IMG/VR virus record: IMGVR_UViG_3300029131_000181
Strand: one strand, 5' to 3'
Source of the DNA: a virus
Length of the DNA stretch: 64,000 nucleotides
In this document: one piece after another, positions 62,481 through 64,000 of the stretch
Numbering within the stretch: position 1 is the stretch's first letter
Layout of the letters: each line of letters opens with the position of its first letter
Program-made: the position numbers and the translations under genes
Notes under the pieces: model-generated
Seen by the model: only the letters and a program-made list of their open reading frames with translations
Told to the model about the DNA's origin: nothing
Databases searched by the model: none

Positions 62481-62695
62481 GCGCTGATTGTTATTTTTGC
62501 AAACGTTTCTTGCTATTTTATATGGCAGCCTTTCTCTTTAAGCTGCATTTCTGTTATTTGATATTTGCTTTTTATTGCTGTGCAGTTTCAAGCAGGTATC
62601 AAGCTCTTCGTTGAGATTGTATCGGCTGTGGTTCTTGAACTTGAAAATATTATAGCATATAGCACCGTTTCTCTCAACGCTTGTTTTATCGGCAC

Positions 62696-63421
62696 TCATC
62701 CGCCTTTAACTGTCTCAAACTCCAAAGTAATGGTATCCACGATACAAAAAGCCTGTGACCCGTATGGGGTTCCATCACGATAAGTAGAAAACGTATCACA
62801 GGAAAGTACTCCGCCTTCCAGATACACTTCTTTGACCGGCGTATGTCCTACCACTTGCAGATATTCGCCGCCGCGATACAAACGTTTTGCATTCTGATTT
62901 GGAGACAGCTGCGGGCGATACCAGATAGGAGAATCTGTTGCCCACATTGTTTCACAGCTCATTTGGTTGATAGCTTTGACAGCCGCGAGAACATTTTTTC
63001 GGTTCTGTGGTGCTACCCGGAGCTGAACAAAGAGATTTGCAAGGCCGCCGTGCATGAAAAGTGTTTTGTCAATTTTGTGGATATATGCAAGCTGACTTTT
63101 CTTTGGCAAGGCATTTGTCAACTTTTTAATTTCTTGACACACGAGTCCTCTCTTTTCCGGATGGAATCCGGTTTCCGGCTCTCCCCAAATGTAGCTCAGG
63201 TCATGGTTCCCGTAGCACCAGAGAGTATCTGGATGTTCCTTGGCAAACGTGATTGCGGTTTCATAGGTCTCCAGATACTGCGCATCATCATGTACCCCGA
63301 AATCATCTGCCAGGTCCATAAGACAGATAGCTTTGTCTGCAATGCCTTTTTTCATGATGGTATTTGCCTGCGCAAACATCCAGGGTTTCAAATGGCAATC
63401 TGGAATGACTAAGACCTTCAT
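62696..63421 (-). CDS. calcineurin-like metallophosphoesterase (Ser/Thr phosphatase-like)
   Basis: Motifs DCH (VIPDCHLKP), DLADDFG, GNHD, GH (VVGHTP). GAGAGGTG RBS. Confidence 0.75.
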   Translation of the reverse strand: MKVLVIPDCHLKPWMFAQANTIMKKGIADKAICLMDLADDFGVHDDAQYLETYETAITFAKEHPDTLWCYGNHDLSYIWGEPETGFHPEKRGLVCQEIKKLTNALPKKSQLAYIHKIDKTLFMHGGLANLFVQLRVAPQNRKNVLAAVKAINQMSCETMWATDSPIWYRPQLSPNQNAKRLYRGGEYLQVVGHTPVKEVYLEGGVLSCDTFSTYRDGTPYGSQAFCIVDTITLEFETVKGG

Positions 63422-63457
63422 GGCTCTTCACCTCTCTTTTTTGTGTTTACTATTTAG

Positions 63458-63486
63458 ATTATATACGATTCGCACCGAACGTCGAG
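63458..63486 (-). promoter_or_regulatory. promoter P14 with conserved spacer element
   Basis: Minus strand reads CTCGAC-gttcggtgcgaatcgta-TATAAT. Confidence 0.45.
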
Positions 63487-63703
63487 AATTCCGTTCTGGA
63501 GAATCATTGTGTTCGGCCGCCATGGCATCGTGCTGCCGGGCCAAGCTGAGCCACGCCAAATAATGTTGAATCGGAATTCAGTGAAATTGAATTCAACGTT
63601 TTTGAGAATACAAGAAGAGCCCCCGCCAAAGAGCGGAGGCTTGTTTTTGTGCAGCAAAGCTCAAAGTCCTAGGGGTATTTTTCCAAATGCCAGGAAATCT
63701 CCC

Positions 63704-63997
63704 TCATATTTTGTGCGAAGACACTTCCTGTTCGTTCTTCCCAAGTGGCTGAGCCTGAAGCAAGGCGCTCACGTCGAAACTGGAAGCGTTATACACCGTT
63801 ACGCCATGTTCCAGAGCGTATTTTACCGTATATGCTGTGCCTCCAGTATTTCTAGTACAATAAGAGATGCAATAGGCAGAACAATCCACTAAATGCCGGT
63901 CTCTTAAAAGATATACTCCCCTGCTTGGCTCTTTCGCCGCATAGACAATCTTATCCACCTGTTTGTCTATCTTCTTTGCGTGCCGCTGCTGTTCCAA
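63704..63997 (-). CDS. hypothetical protein, possible DprA/SLOG-like Rossmann fragment (N-terminus may lie beyond the window)
   Basis: GGTAYTVKYALEHGVTVYN loosely resembles DprA/SLOG C-terminal motifs. Only 3 nt of upstream sequence is available. Confidence 0.3.
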   Translation of the reverse strand: MEQQRHAKKIDKQVDKIVYAAKEPSRGVYLLRDRHLVDCSAYCISYCTRNTGGTAYTVKYALEHGVTVYNASSFDVSALLQAQPLGKNEQEVSSHKI

Positions 63998-64000
63998 GCT

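Noticed and set aside
63618-63650. Plus-strand terminator-like hairpin GCCCCCGCcaaagaGCGGAGGC plus TTGTTTTTGTG.
   Set aside because: No plus-strand gene or promoter precedes it. It may terminate antisense transcription, or be fortuitous. Not called as a feature.

Overview
This 64 kb window looks like an accessory or early region of a large phage, prophage or phage-like mobile element. The host is probably a Firmicutes/Clostridia-type bacterium, judged from AGGAGG-type RBSs, LAAC lipoboxes and intrinsic terminators. About 90% of genes are on the minus strand. There are no capsid, terminase or tail genes in view.

The content is dominated by DNA-transaction and conflict genes:
- helicases (a UvrD-like helicase with a RecB-like nuclease, a DEAD/DEAH SF2 helicase, a GIY-YIG/SF2 fusion) and a ParB-like nuclease
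- a radical SAM enzyme and an ATP-grasp-like enzyme
- DNA methyltransferases, a DUF262+HNH nuclease and a DUF4238 protein
- macro-domain and NADAR-domain proteins
- a YefM/PIN toxin-antitoxin pair next to an HD-domain protein
- a vWA / XpaC-like / flotillin membrane module and several lipoproteins
- three paralogous proteins built from treble-clef zinc-ribbon repeats plus a Vsr/DUF559-like nuclease domain

Three IS200/IS605-superfamily (OMEGA) elements are present. A solo tnpB sits between the RBS and start codon of the UvrD-like helicase gene. A tnpA+tnpB IS lies in the only long plus-strand block. An iscB with a roughly 370 nt upstream ωRNA region has split a lipoprotein gene whose intact paralogue lies next door.

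The most striking non-coding signal is a 17 bp imperfect palindrome, TGT(G/A)CGAATTGCG(T/C)ACA, embedded between the -35 and -10 of at least 14 minus-strand promoters. Several of these promoters are followed by an intrinsic terminator that ends directly against the RBS of the next gene. There are also phased direct-repeat arrays with 34 bp and 11 bp periods.

All protein calls come from motif reading of the supplied translations. Nothing was searched against a database.
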